Shown in pieces: positions 40,452-49,660 of a stretch of 64,000 nt of DNA (its first letter is position 1; every line of letters begins with the position of its first letter). A program made the position numbers and the translations under genes. Under the pieces are notes generated by a model, which saw nothing but the letters and a program-made list of their open reading frames with translations, did no database searches and had not been told where the DNA came from. The stretch comes from Candidatus Woesearchaeota archaeon (lineage in GTDB: Archaea; Nanobdellota; Nanobdellia; Woesearchaeales; SKIA01). The stretch is taken from NCBI GenBank assembly GCA_046704725.1, contig JBJKRI010000003.1, positions 93,758 to 157,757 of the forward strand. The letters run 5' to 3'.

Positions 40452-40520
40452 CAGGAGGTGGTATTTACGCTTTCGGGCCGCAACCCTTTAAAAGCGGCTG
40501 GCGCTTCCGTTGCTTGTTAC

Positions 40521-40592
40521 GGCGGTTGTAGTGTAACGGTAACATGGGAGACTGTGGATCTCCAGTAGAGGGTTCGACTCCCTCCTTCCGCC
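40521..40592 (+). tRNA. tRNA-His (anticodon GTG) with G-1 and C73; acceptor stem contains two U-U mismatches
   Basis: G-1, GCGGTTG...CTTCCGC, D-arm GTGT/ACAT, anticodon stem GGAGA/TCTCC loop CTGTGGA, T-arm GAGGG TTCGACT CCCTC, discriminator C. Confidence 0.6.
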
Positions 40593-40593
40593 C

Positions 40594-41136
40594 GTGGAGA
40601 TCCATTTCCTGACGGGCAACCAGCACAAGCTCGAGGAGGCGCGCGGTATCCTGCAAGGGCATGACGTCCGTTCCATGAGGATCGACCTGCCGGAGCTCCA
40701 GAGCCTCGACCCGCAGGAGATCGTCGAGGCCAAGCTCTCCGCGGCGGACGCGCACCTCCATGGAAAGCCCTATTTCGTCGAGGACGTCTCGTTCTGGGTC
40801 GGCGACACGGGTTTTCCGGGTCCCTTATTCAAGTTCATGTATTCCGCGCTCGGCAGGGAGGGCGTCGTGCGTTTCGCGCGCGCCTTCGGCCAGGAGACCG
40901 CTCGGGCGGTCTGCACCATCGGCTTGCGGCTGCCCGGAAGGGATCCCGCGTACTTCACCGGTGAGGTCGTCGGTCGCATCGTCGATCCGCGCGGCGATTC
41001 TGGTTTCGGCTTCGACCCGATATTCGTTCCGGACGGCAGCGAGCTGACCTGGGCGGAGATGGGCTCAAAGCTCAAGAGCGAGGATAGTCATCGTTCGCGG
41101 GCGCTTGAGCAGATGGTCGCGTATCTCGGCTCTTGA
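40594..41136 (+). CDS. non-canonical purine NTP pyrophosphatase (Ham1/RdgB)
   Basis: MEIHFLTGNQHKLEEARGIL; GTG start 1 nt after tRNA-His 3' end. Confidence 0.8.
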   Translation: MEIHFLTGNQHKLEEARGILQGHDVRSMRIDLPELQSLDPQEIVEAKLSAADAHLHGKPYFVEDVSFWVGDTGFPGPLFKFMYSALGREGVVRFARAFGQETARAVCTIGLRLPGRDPAYFTGEVVGRIVDPRGDSGFGFDPIFVPDGSELTWAEMGSKLKSEDSHRSRALEQMVAYLGS

Positions 41137-41494
41137 TGATATTCTCGATCGCTTCTGAGATAGTATCGCTAAGCAGTCTGCTATCATATCTGCGTTCGCC
41201 TGCGCGATATTCCGCAACTTCTCCATGGATTACGGCATACCCCATCATAATGACTCCGATGCCGGCCCCGAACTCAGCACCTGCCGCAATAGGAAAACCG
41301 CCTGCAAGCGTGTGCGCGTGCTGAATAACTTCGGGGGTGATATGCGTCGCTGCGCTGTATAGTGCGTCCCGGATGTCATGCGCTTGCTGCAGAAATCCGT
41401 AGATTCGCGTCGTTCCATCCACTGCCAAGTATGCGCCGACACCAGCATTTATTGCTGAAGATAATACTGCTGCCTTTGAGAATAGTCTTGACAT
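41072..41494 (-). CDS. hypothetical protein
   Basis: 140-aa ORF with Gly/Ala-rich core; TATA cattaataaatg upstream; 65-nt convergent overlap with ham1. Confidence 0.3.
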   Translation of the reverse strand: MSRLFSKAAVLSSAINAGVGAYLAVDGTTRIYGFLQQAHDIRDALYSAATHITPEVIQHAHTLAGGFPIAAGAEFGAGIGVIMMGYAVIHGEVAEYRAGERRYDSRLLSDTISEAIENIIKSRDTRPSAQAPANDDYPRS

Positions 41495-41707
41495 ATTTGT
41501 GTAGACACCCCTCCATTAATAAATGTGTCTATTTTACTCACTCATAAGTAGTATTTTAAGCAATTATTTGAATCATTTGCGGCGTTGCGCCCTGTGCAAG
41601 AAATTCCATACCTTTTTAAAGCGTCTCGGATTCGCCCCGGTATCACGCCCGAGTGCAAGCGTCTGAGGGCGGCCGAAAAGGCATTTCTTGCGCTCGATAC
41701 GATACAC

Positions 41708-42148
41708 ATGGCAGAGAACGCAGACTTCAGGCACATCGTCCGCATCGCCAACACAGACTTGGCGGGCGAGAAGAAGATAGTGGACGCCCTGCGCAAGATC
41801 AAGGGCGTCAGCTTCATGTTCGCCAGCGCCGTGTGCACGGCGGCGGGCGTCGACAAGAACGGCCGCATGGGCGACATCAAGGACGCCGACATCAAGAAGC
41901 TCCAGGCGGTCCTCGAGCAGCCCGTCAGTGCGGGCATCCCCGCGTGGATGCTCAACAGGCGCAAGGACTACGAGACCGGCGCGAACAAGCACCTGGTCGT
42001 CAACGACCTCTCCTTCACGCACGACAACGACCTCAAGCGGCTCAAGAAGATCCGTTCCTACCGCGGTGTGCGCCACCAGCACGGCCTGCCCGTGCGCGGA
42101 CAGCGCACCCGCTCCAATTTCCGAAAGAACAAGGGGAAGAAGAGATAG
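41708..42148 (+). CDS. rps13: 30S ribosomal protein S13
   Basis: MAENADFRHIVRIANTDLAGEKKIVDALRKIKGV. Confidence 0.9.
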   Translation: MAENADFRHIVRIANTDLAGEKKIVDALRKIKGVSFMFASAVCTAAGVDKNGRMGDIKDADIKKLQAVLEQPVSAGIPAWMLNRRKDYETGANKHLVVNDLSFTHDNDLKRLKKIRSYRGVRHQHGLPVRGQRTRSNFRKNKGKKR

Positions 42149-42760
42149 ATGGGAGACATCAAGCGCATCCGGAAGAAGTACGAGACCCCGCGCCATCCGT
42201 GGAACCGCGAGCGCATCGACGCCGAGCGCGTCCAGAAGCGTGACTATGGACTGCGAAACAAGAAGGAGATCTGGAAGTTCGAATCCCTCCTGAAGGGGTT
42301 CAAGGACCAGATTAAGGCATTCCCCTCCATGGAGCCCGCGCAAGCGCAGTTCCAGGAGCAGAAGCTGCGCGAGCGCCTCAAGCGATTGGGCATCGTCACC
42401 GACGACACCCCGCTCGGAGAGGTCCTCGGTTACGGCGTCGAGGTCATGCTCGACAGGCGGTTGCAGACCATCGTCTTCAAGCGCGGTCTCGCCCGCACGC
42501 CCAAGCAGGCGCGCCAGCTCATCAGCCACGAGCACATCACCGTGGGCGAGCGCACCGTGAACGCCCCGAGCTATATCGTGACCAAGGACGAGGAGTCCAC
42601 CATCGCGTTCCATCCGTCCAGCCCGCTCTTCCGTGACGACCATCCCGAGCGGATGCAGCCCGAGGAGCAGCGTGCGCACCGCAAGAAGCACGTGCAAGCG
42701 GACGAGGATCCGCAGCCGGAGGTCGTCGAACTGACCGAGGAGGACAAGGACATTGAGTAG
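42149..42760 (+). CDS. rps4: 30S ribosomal protein S4
   Basis: [23 protein letters not shown]... Confidence 0.9.
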   Translation: MGDIKRIRKKYETPRHPWNRERIDAERVQKRDYGLRNKKEIWKFESLLKGFKDQIKAFPSMEPAQAQFQEQKLRERLKRLGIVTDDTPLGEVLGYGVEVMLDRRLQTIVFKRGLARTPKQARQLISHEHITVGERTVNAPSYIVTKDEESTIAFHPSSPLFRDDHPERMQPEEQRAHRKKHVQADEDPQPEVVELTEEDKDIE

Positions 42761-43151
42761 GGACAATGAGCGCTGGGGCATCTGCCACATCTACGCCAGC
42801 TACAACAATACCATCATCCATATCACGGACATCACCGGGGCGGAGACGATCGCTCTTGCCAGCGGCGGGCAGGTCGTCAAGCAGCACCGCCTGGAGAGCA
42901 GCCCGACAGCGGCGATGACGGCGGCCAAGAAGGCCGGCGAGATCGCGAAAGAGGCGGGCATCAACGCCTTGCATGTCAAGGTCCGCGCGCCGGGAGGCCA
43001 CAACGGCCCCTCGAACCCCGGTCCCGGCTCCCAGCCGGCCGTCCGGTCGTTGTCGCGCATGGGTTTCCGCATCGGCCTGATCGAGGACGTCACGCCGGTG
43101 CCGCATGACGGTTGCCGCAAGAAGGGCGGTCGTCGGGGGAGGCGAGTATGA
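42753..43151 (+). CDS. rps11: 30S ribosomal protein S11
   Basis: [27 protein letters not shown]. Confidence 0.9.
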   Translation: MSRDNERWGICHIYASYNNTIIHITDITGAETIALASGGQVVKQHRLESSPTAAMTAAKKAGEIAKEAGINALHVKVRAPGGHNGPSNPGPGSQPAVRSLSRMGFRIGLIEDVTPVPHDGCRKKGGRRGRRV

Positions 43152-43933
43152 ACATGGAGAAGCTCTTCGAGGACGGTAATGTGCTCGCTTTGCACATCAC
43201 GGGCGTCCTGCCCGCGTACATCAACACGCTGCGTCGTTACATGGCCAGCCGCGTGCCGACCATGGCGATCGACAGCGTGGAGTTCAAGAGCAACAACAGC
43301 ATCCTGTACGACGAGATGGTCGCGCACCGTCTCGGATTGCTCCCCCTCACCACCGACCTGGAGACCTATCGCCTTCCCAAGGAGGAATGGATCGAGCCCA
43401 CGGGCGATCCCCGCGTCGAGGTCCAGCTCTCGTTGAAGGTGCCGAAGGTCAAGTCAGAGACCGTGGTCCGCGCCAAGGATCTCTCGACCAAGGACAAGAA
43501 GATCGTGCCGGTCTACCCTGACATGCCGATCGTCAAGCTCATGGAAGGACAGGACATCGAGCTCGTCGCGACCGCTCGCCTCGGTATCGGGGAGGGGCAC
43601 GCGAAGTGGAGCCCCGGTCACGTCTGGTACCGCCATTTCCCGCATATCGCCATCAAGAAGCAGCCCAAGGACCCCAAGGCACTGGTTGAGCGCTTCCCCG
43701 GCGTGTTCGAGGTCAAGGGCGGCAAGCTCGCGCTCACCAAGGACGCCGCGTACCGGATGCCCGACATGGATATCGCCGACGACGGGATCGAGGTCTCGTT
43801 CGCCGACGACGACTACATCCTCACGGTCGAGAGTTGGGGACAGCTCACGCCCAAGGAGATAGTGAATCAAGCGTTCAGTGCGTACGACGACCAGCTCGAC
43901 GAGTTCGCCAAGCTGGTGAAGGAGATCAAATGA
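43148..43933 (+). CDS. rpoD: DNA-directed RNA polymerase subunit D (Rpo3)
   Basis: [26 protein letters not shown] dimerisation motif; ATGA overlap with S11. Confidence 0.8.
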   Translation: MNMEKLFEDGNVLALHITGVLPAYINTLRRYMASRVPTMAIDSVEFKSNNSILYDEMVAHRLGLLPLTTDLETYRLPKEEWIEPTGDPRVEVQLSLKVPKVKSETVVRAKDLSTKDKKIVPVYPDMPIVKLMEGQDIELVATARLGIGEGHAKWSPGHVWYRHFPHIAIKKQPKDPKALVERFPGVFEVKGGKLALTKDAAYRMPDMDIADDGIEVSFADDDYILTVESWGQLTPKEIVNQAFSAYDDQLDEFAKLVKEIK

Positions 43934-44015
43934 GGGTGTGCCGGAGTGGTCAAACGGGCACGCTTGAGGGGCGTGTGGCTTAGTGCCTGCGAGGGTTCGA
44001 ACCCCTTCACCCTCA
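43932..44015 (+). tRNA. tRNA-Leu (anticodon GAG)
   Basis: acceptor GAGGGTG/CACCCTC, anticodon stem CACGC/GCGTG loop TTGAGGG, long variable arm, T-loop TTCGAAC, discriminator A. Confidence 0.8.
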
Positions 44016-44031
44016 GACAACGGAGACAACG

Positions 44032-44361
44032 ATGAACCAAAAACGGATGCGCCTCATCCAAGAGGCACAAAAGCAGGGCAGCGCGTTCTGGACGCGTGTG
44101 GCCGACGACCTCGCCAAGCCTGGCAGGAATCGGCGCCACGTGAACCTCTCGCGATTGTCGCGCGCGACCAAGGACGGCGAGACCGTCATCGTCCCGGGCA
44201 AGGTGCTCGGTGATGGTGAAGTGGCCCATACCTTCACGGTCGCTGCGTTCGACTTCAGCGAGAGCGCCCGCGTCAAGCTGTCCGCGGCTAAGTGCACCGC
44301 CATGACCATCGAGGAGTTCCTCAAGAAGCATCCCAAGGGCGCGGGGAGGATCATCGGATGA
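44032..44361 (+). CDS. rpl18e: 50S ribosomal protein L18e
   Basis: archaeal/eukaryal-specific L18e; RVADDLAKPGRNRRHVNLSRLSRATKDGETVIVPGKVLG. Confidence 0.85.
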   Translation: MNQKRMRLIQEAQKQGSAFWTRVADDLAKPGRNRRHVNLSRLSRATKDGETVIVPGKVLGDGEVAHTFTVAAFDFSESARVKLSAAKCTAMTIEEFLKKHPKGAGRIIG

Positions 44362-44759
44362 TCATCGACGCGACCGGCCTGAAGGTCGGACGGCTCTCGA
44401 CGGTCGTCGCGAAGGCGGCGCTCTCCGGAGAGAAGGTGGATATCATCAATGTCGAGCGCGCGGTCTTCACTGGCAGCAAGGACGACCTCGTCAAGAAATA
44501 CATGCAGCGCCATTCCCGTGGCGGTCCGCACTGGGGACCGTTCTACCCGCGCATGCCCGACCGCCTGGTCCGGCGCATCATCAGGGGCATGCTCCCCTAC
44601 AAGACGCCGCGCGGACGCGACGCGTTCAAGCGCGTCATGTGCTACATCGGCAATCCCAAGGACGAGAAGGGCGTGTCTATCGAGGACGCGCACATTGGCG
44701 AGACCATGCAGTACGTCACCGTCAAGGAATTGTGCAATCTCATCGGAGGCAGACAATGA
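44358..44759 (+). CDS. rpl13: 50S ribosomal protein L13
   Basis: MIIDATGLKVGRLSTVVAKAAL. Confidence 0.85.
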   Translation: MIIDATGLKVGRLSTVVAKAALSGEKVDIINVERAVFTGSKDDLVKKYMQRHSRGGPHWGPFYPRMPDRLVRRIIRGMLPYKTPRGRDAFKRVMCYIGNPKDEKGVSIEDAHIGETMQYVTVKELCNLIGGRQ

Positions 44760-45151
44760 AGCAGATCATCACGACCGGCAAGCGTAAGAGCGCTGTCGCA
44801 ACGGCCAAGCTCACCGCGGGCACGGGCAAGGTGCTCGTCAATCACATTCCCGTGGAATCCGCGGGCGCGCGTCTCTACGTATTGCGTATGCGCGAGCCGC
44901 TCATCCTCGCTGGCGATGTCGTCAACAAGGTGGACATCAGCGTCACTACGCACGGCGGCGGAATGGCCGCGCAGGCCGACGCCGTCCGTCTCGCGATCGC
45001 GAAAGCCTTGGCCCAGCACAAGAAAGCGCTCGAACAGGTCTTCTTGGACTACGACCGTACCTTGCTGGTCGCCGACGTGCGTCGCAAGGAGCCGCGAAAG
45101 CCCAACACGCGCGGGCATGCGAGATCAAAACGGCAGAAATCCTATCGGTAG
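44756..45151 (+). CDS. rps9: 30S ribosomal protein S9
   Basis: MKQIITTGKRKSAVATAKL...C-terminal RRKEPRKPNTRGHARSKRQKSYR. Confidence 0.9.
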   Translation: MKQIITTGKRKSAVATAKLTAGTGKVLVNHIPVESAGARLYVLRMREPLILAGDVVNKVDISVTTHGGGMAAQADAVRLAIAKALAQHKKALEQVFLDYDRTLLVADVRRKEPRKPNTRGHARSKRQKSYR

Positions 45152-45163
45152 GGATTCTGGCGC

Positions 45164-45685
45164 TTGCCATCTCTTTCGCAATTCCTCTCTCGCCGGATAG
45201 ATTTTTCCGGAACGTCATGCGAACGGCACATGAATGGTGAAGACCATCCGTATCGCATGAGAAGTCAACGACGCCATAAGGTGGCAGGCATCGGCAAGCT
45301 CGTCGGCATCGGCATGGTCTTCATGGCCGGCGCGTACGCGCAGAAGTGTGGGAGCGTCACAACGAAGGTCAGCACGGCGTATCATGGTGCGGTCTCGAGC
45401 ATCAGTCAGGAGTTCCATGGTGGCACCCCCGTCGCGGCCGAGGATTTCGTCAACGCGCTCAAGCACGACAAGCATCCGGTGCGGTACAGTAACCAGATAC
45501 TCGGCGCTGTCGTCGCCGGCGCAACAGCGCTCGACAATCAGGACCGTGCGCAAGCAGCGTCCGCGCTCATCGGCATGACGCCCGACAGCATCGCCTACGA
45601 AGTGATCTCGCAGCGCATGCACGCGCTGTCCGGGAACTATCGCTTGCGCATGCTCGCTGACGCGGCGAAAGACGCGATCAGGTGA
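45164..45685 (+). CDS. hypothetical protein
   Basis: ORF after T5 tract; start uncertain (possibly 45230 MNGED). Confidence 0.3.
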   Translation: MPSLSQFLSRRIDFSGTSCERHMNGEDHPYRMRSQRRHKVAGIGKLVGIGMVFMAGAYAQKCGSVTTKVSTAYHGAVSSISQEFHGGTPVAAEDFVNALKHDKHPVRYSNQILGAVVAGATALDNQDRAQAASALIGMTPDSIAYEVISQRMHALSGNYRLRMLADAAKDAIR

Positions 45686-46121
45686 TCGCGGCGAGCACGT
45701 CCTTCTCGGTCTTTCCGGGCTTGTGCTTCCACTGCTTGACGATCTTCCCGTCAGCAATCAGGAAGGTCGTGCGCTCGATGCCCATGTACGACTTGCCCAT
45801 GAACGAGCGCTTCTTCCACACGCCATACTTCTCGGCAACCTTGTGCTCGGGGTCGGCGAGCATCGTGAACGGGAAGCTGTACTTGTCGCGGAAGTCGCAG
45901 ACCGCGGACAACGGGTCCGGGCTGACTCCCCAGACCATCGCTCCGGCCTCGATGAATTTCGGATAAAGCTCCTTGAACTCCTTCGCTTCGATCGTGCATC
46001 CGGGCGTGTTCGCTTTGGGATAGAAATAGAGCACCACGGTGCCTTTCTTCGGGAGCGTGACTTTCTCGTCCTCTGTGTCTATCAGCGTGAATGTCGGTGC
46101 GTTCTCCATACTCGAGCGCAA
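45678..46121 (-). CDS. bcp: thiol peroxidase Bcp (peroxiredoxin)
   Basis: YFYPKANTPGCTIEAKEF peroxidatic Cys motif. Confidence 0.8.
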   Translation of the reverse strand: MRSSMENAPTFTLIDTEDEKVTLPKKGTVVLYFYPKANTPGCTIEAKEFKELYPKFIEAGAMVWGVSPDPLSAVCDFRDKYSFPFTMLADPEHKVAEKYGVWKKRSFMGKSYMGIERTTFLIADGKIVKQWKHKPGKTEKDVLAAIT

Positions 46122-46232
46122 TGCAGCGGCTTACTTATCGTTTTCGGGCGTGCACCACTACAATACACTGTATCACCGTCCTTGAATGATTGATAACGTA
46201 AGCGTTAAAAGGGGTCGGTCTCGTCTCTGACT

Positions 46233-47624
46233 GTGAAAGGGAAGTTCTCTGCGGGCGTGAAACGCTTCCTGCACGACAACGTCTACATCAACAAGGTCCC
46301 GTCGTACGGGAACACCATCTTCTATTCCTTCGGGATGATCCTCATCACCTTGTTCTTGTTCCTCGGCGTGACCGGGATATTGCTCGCGTTCGCCGGATCG
46401 TCGTGGTGGCTGTCCAGCGGCATCGGCACCTACGTGCGCAGCGTGCACATGTGGGCCGCACAGGCCTTCCTGCTCTTCTTGCTGCTCCACCTGCTCGTCA
46501 CTTTCTCCACATCTGCATTCAAGCACAAGAAGGTCGTCTGGCTCGTCGGCGTCGCGATGTTCTTCTTGTTCATCATCCAGACCGAGTTCGGCTACACGAT
46601 ACGAAATGACTTCTCGTCGCAGTGGCGCGCCCTCCAGGGAGCGGACTTCTGGAACGGCAACATCCTGGGACATCTCGTCAATCCGTTGAACTACTCGCAG
46701 GCCTTCTTCATCCACATCCTGCTCATCCCGCTCGTTCTCGTCATCGCGGTCATCATCCACTACGGCATCGTCCGGGCGAAAGGCCTCTCCAAGCCCTACA
46801 AGAAGGGCATCAAGTACAAGATGGTCGAGGCGAACCACAAGGTTCTCTACATCCGCGCGCTCATCATCATCGCCGTCGTGCTGCTGCTCGGTTTCATCCT
46901 GCCGTCGCCGACGATGCCGCAAGCGACCCTCAAGCAGGTCTCGACCCAGAGCCCGTCCGCCTTCGCGCATACGGTGATCGAGGAATACACGCATGCATCG
47001 GACACCGCGATGTACGATGACACCATCGACCCATATACGTTCGACACCAGGACTGTCTTCGTGACCGACCCGTACAAGGCCTATATCAAGTCGAGCGGGA
47101 AAAAAGACCGTTTGTCGCAGTTCGAGGCGGCTCCCCTCAAGGCGCAGGGAACGTACCTCAACACCGCGGCAAGCTATTTCAAGGCGAACGGTTCGCTCGA
47201 CGAGTCCAATTCTAATCCCATGATATCCGTGGCGAGCTCGCTCACGATCATGGCGCAGAGCGGCTTGTACGGCGCAGAGCTCAGGACAGACCTGCCGCAG
47301 GACAATCCGACGATCGCCTACCGCATGCTGTCCGACACGGGATACATGGACGCGAAGGCGAACACCCTCGGCCTGAGCCTGGAGAACTACGGGATGCTCA
47401 AGGACGAGAAGGGCGGTGGGATATTCCCGCCGAACTCGTGGTGGATGGCGCCCATCAACCTGCTCGACAACACCGTGCTCAAGAACGATCCTAACCAGGA
47501 CCGTGACAACGCCGAGGTCGTCGGTATCCTCCTGCTCTTGCTCGCGACGCTCCCGTGGTTGCCGTTCGTGCGCGAGATCCCCGATAAGCTGCGCTTGTAC
47601 CTGCTCTTCTGGCGGAAGGGGTGA
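46233..47624 (+). CDS. cytochrome b-like di-haem membrane protein fused to large extracytoplasmic C-terminal domain
   Basis: helix B SVHMWAAQAFLLFLLLHLL (His x13 His) and helix D FIHILLIPLVLVIAVIIHYG His pair; ~230-aa hydrophilic domain then terminal TM. Confidence 0.4.
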   Translation: MKGKFSAGVKRFLHDNVYINKVPSYGNTIFYSFGMILITLFLFLGVTGILLAFAGSSWWLSSGIGTYVRSVHMWAAQAFLLFLLLHLLVTFSTSAFKHKKVVWLVGVAMFFLFIIQTEFGYTIRNDFSSQWRALQGADFWNGNILGHLVNPLNYSQAFFIHILLIPLVLVIAVIIHYGIVRAKGLSKPYKKGIKYKMVEANHKVLYIRALIIIAVVLLLGFILPSPTMPQATLKQVSTQSPSAFAHTVIEEYTHASDTAMYDDTIDPYTFDTRTVFVTDPYKAYIKSSGKKDRLSQFEAAPLKAQGTYLNTAASYFKANGSLDESNSNPMISVASSLTIMAQSGLYGAELRTDLPQDNPTIAYRMLSDTGYMDAKANTLGLSLENYGMLKDEKGGGIFPPNSWWMAPINLLDNTVLKNDPNQDRDNAEVVGILLLLLATLPWLPFVREIPDKLRLYLLFWRKG

Positions 47625-47627
47625 GCG

Positions 47628-48716
47628 TTACTTCTTGCGCTTCTCGGCGATCCGTTCGTGCGCGACTTTCATGCACGCTTCGCGCGCCGTGCACTTCTCT
47701 TTCTCGATGATGTCCCACACGTCCTTCACGTTCCGCTTGATGATGCGTTCGATCTCTCCGAAGACCTCTTCGTGCGTTCCTCCGACGTGCTCGATGTAGC
47801 TGCTGATCACACCGCCAGCGTTCGCGAGGATGTCCGGGATGTTCTGCACGCCCCGTCCTTCCAAAGTCTTCTCTACCTCGTCGGGTATGGGCAGGTTCGC
47901 TCCTTGGCTGATGAGTTTCGCGCGCACTTTCTTCTGGTTGTCGGCGGTGATGACGTTCTTCTGCGCCGCTGGCACGAGGATGTCGCATTCCGCGTAGAGC
48001 ACCCACATCGAGTCGCGCTTCTCGTGCTCGGGATAGTCTTTCAACGGTTTTCGCTGTTCTTTCCACAGTCGCAGCTTGTGCGCGTCCATGCCCTCGGGAT
48101 CAACCAGTGTGCAGCTGCTGTCCGACGCGGCCACCAATCGCGCCCCGTCTTTCTGCATGAATTCGGCGGCCCACGAGCCCACGTTGCCATAGCCCTGGAT
48201 CGCCACGTCCTTTCCGGCGAGCGTGTCCTTTGAGCGGCCGAGCAGTTCTCGCACGCTGATGTACACGCCGTGTCCCGTCGAGCCGAGCTCGTGCGGTATG
48301 CCCCCCAGGTCTGCGGGCTTTCCGGTCACCGCTTGCGGCCCGATCTCCTCGGCGATCCACCGCATCTCGCGCTCGGCCATGTTCATGTCGGGCGCTGCCA
48401 CGTATTTCGTCGGTGCGACGATGTTGATGGCGTGCGCGAAGGCGCGCACGATCCCTTCTTTCTCCTGCGCGGTGAGCTTCTTGGCGTCGGCGATGATGCC
48501 GCTCTTCCCCCCGCCGAAGGGCAGGTCCGCCAAGGCGTTCTTGAGCGTCATGGCGCGCGCCAGGCCGCAGACCTCTTCTTCGTCCACGGTCGGCGTCATG
48601 CGGATGCCTCCTTTGGCCGGTCCGCGCACGGTGCTGTCCAGGACGGTGATGCCGCGCATCCCTGTCTTGGGGTCGTATACTTTCAGGATGGTCTCTGGTC
48701 CGAGGTCGTCGTACAT
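47628..48716 (-). CDS. Glu/Leu/Phe/Val dehydrogenase family amino-acid dehydrogenase
   Basis: KGGIRMTP...LPFGGGKSGI...GYGNVGS motifs; 362 aa (leucine-DH-like size); TATA ccttatatatt 25 nt upstream. Confidence 0.8.
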   Translation of the reverse strand: MYDDLGPETILKVYDPKTGMRGITVLDSTVRGPAKGGIRMTPTVDEEEVCGLARAMTLKNALADLPFGGGKSGIIADAKKLTAQEKEGIVRAFAHAINIVAPTKYVAAPDMNMAEREMRWIAEEIGPQAVTGKPADLGGIPHELGSTGHGVYISVRELLGRSKDTLAGKDVAIQGYGNVGSWAAEFMQKDGARLVAASDSSCTLVDPEGMDAHKLRLWKEQRKPLKDYPEHEKRDSMWVLYAECDILVPAAQKNVITADNQKKVRAKLISQGANLPIPDEVEKTLEGRGVQNIPDILANAGGVISSYIEHVGGTHEEVFGEIERIIKRNVKDVWDIIEKEKCTAREACMKVAHERIAEKRKK

Positions 48717-48800
48717 GTCCTGCTCCCAACCGCGCTCCCCTTATATATTTCGTGCATGAATCGCAAGGCTTCTGTATTGCGCGTAGAAAGTTATTTGAAT

Positions 48801-48820
48801 GAGTAAGATATTTCTTACTC
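48801..48820 (+). promoter_or_regulatory. 20-bp palindrome GAGTAAGATATTTCTTACTC (putative antitoxin operator)
   Basis: perfect 8-bp inverted arms immediately upstream of AbrB-type antitoxin start. Confidence 0.4.
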
Positions 48821-48821
48821 T

Positions 48822-49091
48822 GTGGCTTCTGTGGATATCACCCGCCTGTCGAGCAAAGGACAGATCGTCATCCCCAAGGATCTGAGAGAGGGGTTCGAGA
48901 CGGGCGAACGGCTGCTCGTCATCCGGAAAGGGGAGGACCTGCTCATCAAGCGCGCGTCGACAGTCCCGGAACGTTTCCTCGACGACCTGGAATTCGCGGT
49001 CCGTACGGAAAAAGCGTTACGGGAATACGAGCGGCATCCACGTAAATCGCTTTCGCCCGAGAAGTTCCTGAGGGAACTCGATACGTGGTAG
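48822..49091 (+). CDS. AbrB/SpoVT-family antitoxin
   Basis: MASVDITRLSSKGQIVIPKDLREGF swapped-hairpin. Confidence 0.65.
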   Translation: MASVDITRLSSKGQIVIPKDLREGFETGERLLVIRKGEDLLIKRASTVPERFLDDLEFAVRTEKALREYERHPRKSLSPEKFLRELDTW

Positions 49092-49342
49092 AAGTAGGAT
49101 ACACTGATCGCTTCAGGATTGTCCTGATGAAATGCGACAGGCGTTCCAAAACACAGATACGAAAACGTATGCGAAAAGTGCTCGAGAATCCTCTCGTCGG
49201 CAAGCCGATGCGCTACGGGCGCAAGGGGACGCGCGAGGTGTACGTCGGCTCATACCGTCTCTCCTATCTCGTGCTTGATGGTGGATTGCGCATTATCTTC
49301 GCCGATATCTACCACAAAGACGAGCAACGGAAAGATTCTTGA
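49085..49342 (+). CDS. RelE/ParE-family type II toxin
   Basis: 85 aa basic protein, overlaps antitoxin by 7 nt; RIVLMKCDRRSKTQIRKRMRKVLENP...YRLSYLV. Confidence 0.55.
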   Translation: MVEVGYTDRFRIVLMKCDRRSKTQIRKRMRKVLENPLVGKPMRYGRKGTREVYVGSYRLSYLVLDGGLRIIFADIYHKDEQRKDS

Positions 49343-49364
49343 AGGTTGGCGCGCCTGCCCTCGC

Positions 49365-49622
49365 ATGCACTCTGTCGTCGTCTACGTCCGGTCCGCTGAT
49401 CCCTATAGCGTCCGGCTCATCGAGTTCTTGCGGCGGAAGGGCGTCAGGCCCTTGGTCAAGCACGTCTCGGATGAAGATCCGGACACCTACTTGGAGATGG
49501 TCGAGAGGACGGGGGAGTCCGAGCCCCCGCAGCTCCTCATCGATGGCGAGCACGTCGGTGATTACGAGCGGGTCACGAGCCTCGACCTGCAGGGAAAGTT
49601 CGACGAGCTCCTCGAGGACTAA
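49365..49622 (+). CDS. glutaredoxin-like protein (monothiol or degenerate active site)
   Basis: VVVYVRSADPYSVRLIEFL...PQLLIDGEHVGDYERV glutaredoxin fold, no CxxC at the active-site position. Confidence 0.5.
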   Translation: MHSVVVYVRSADPYSVRLIEFLRRKGVRPLVKHVSDEDPDTYLEMVERTGESEPPQLLIDGEHVGDYERVTSLDLQGKFDELLED

Positions 49623-49660
49623 GCACAACCTTTTTCAAGGCGCGACGGGTCGCTCTTCTT

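Noticed and set aside
40497-40520. Hairpin CCGTTGCTTGTTACGG upstream of tRNA-His as possible intron/permuted tRNA half
   Set aside because: The downstream 72 nt already form a complete cloverleaf; the hairpin is more simply a 5' leader structure.
41573-42790. 405-aa minus ORF over S13/S4
   Set aside because: Antisense to ribosomal protein operon.
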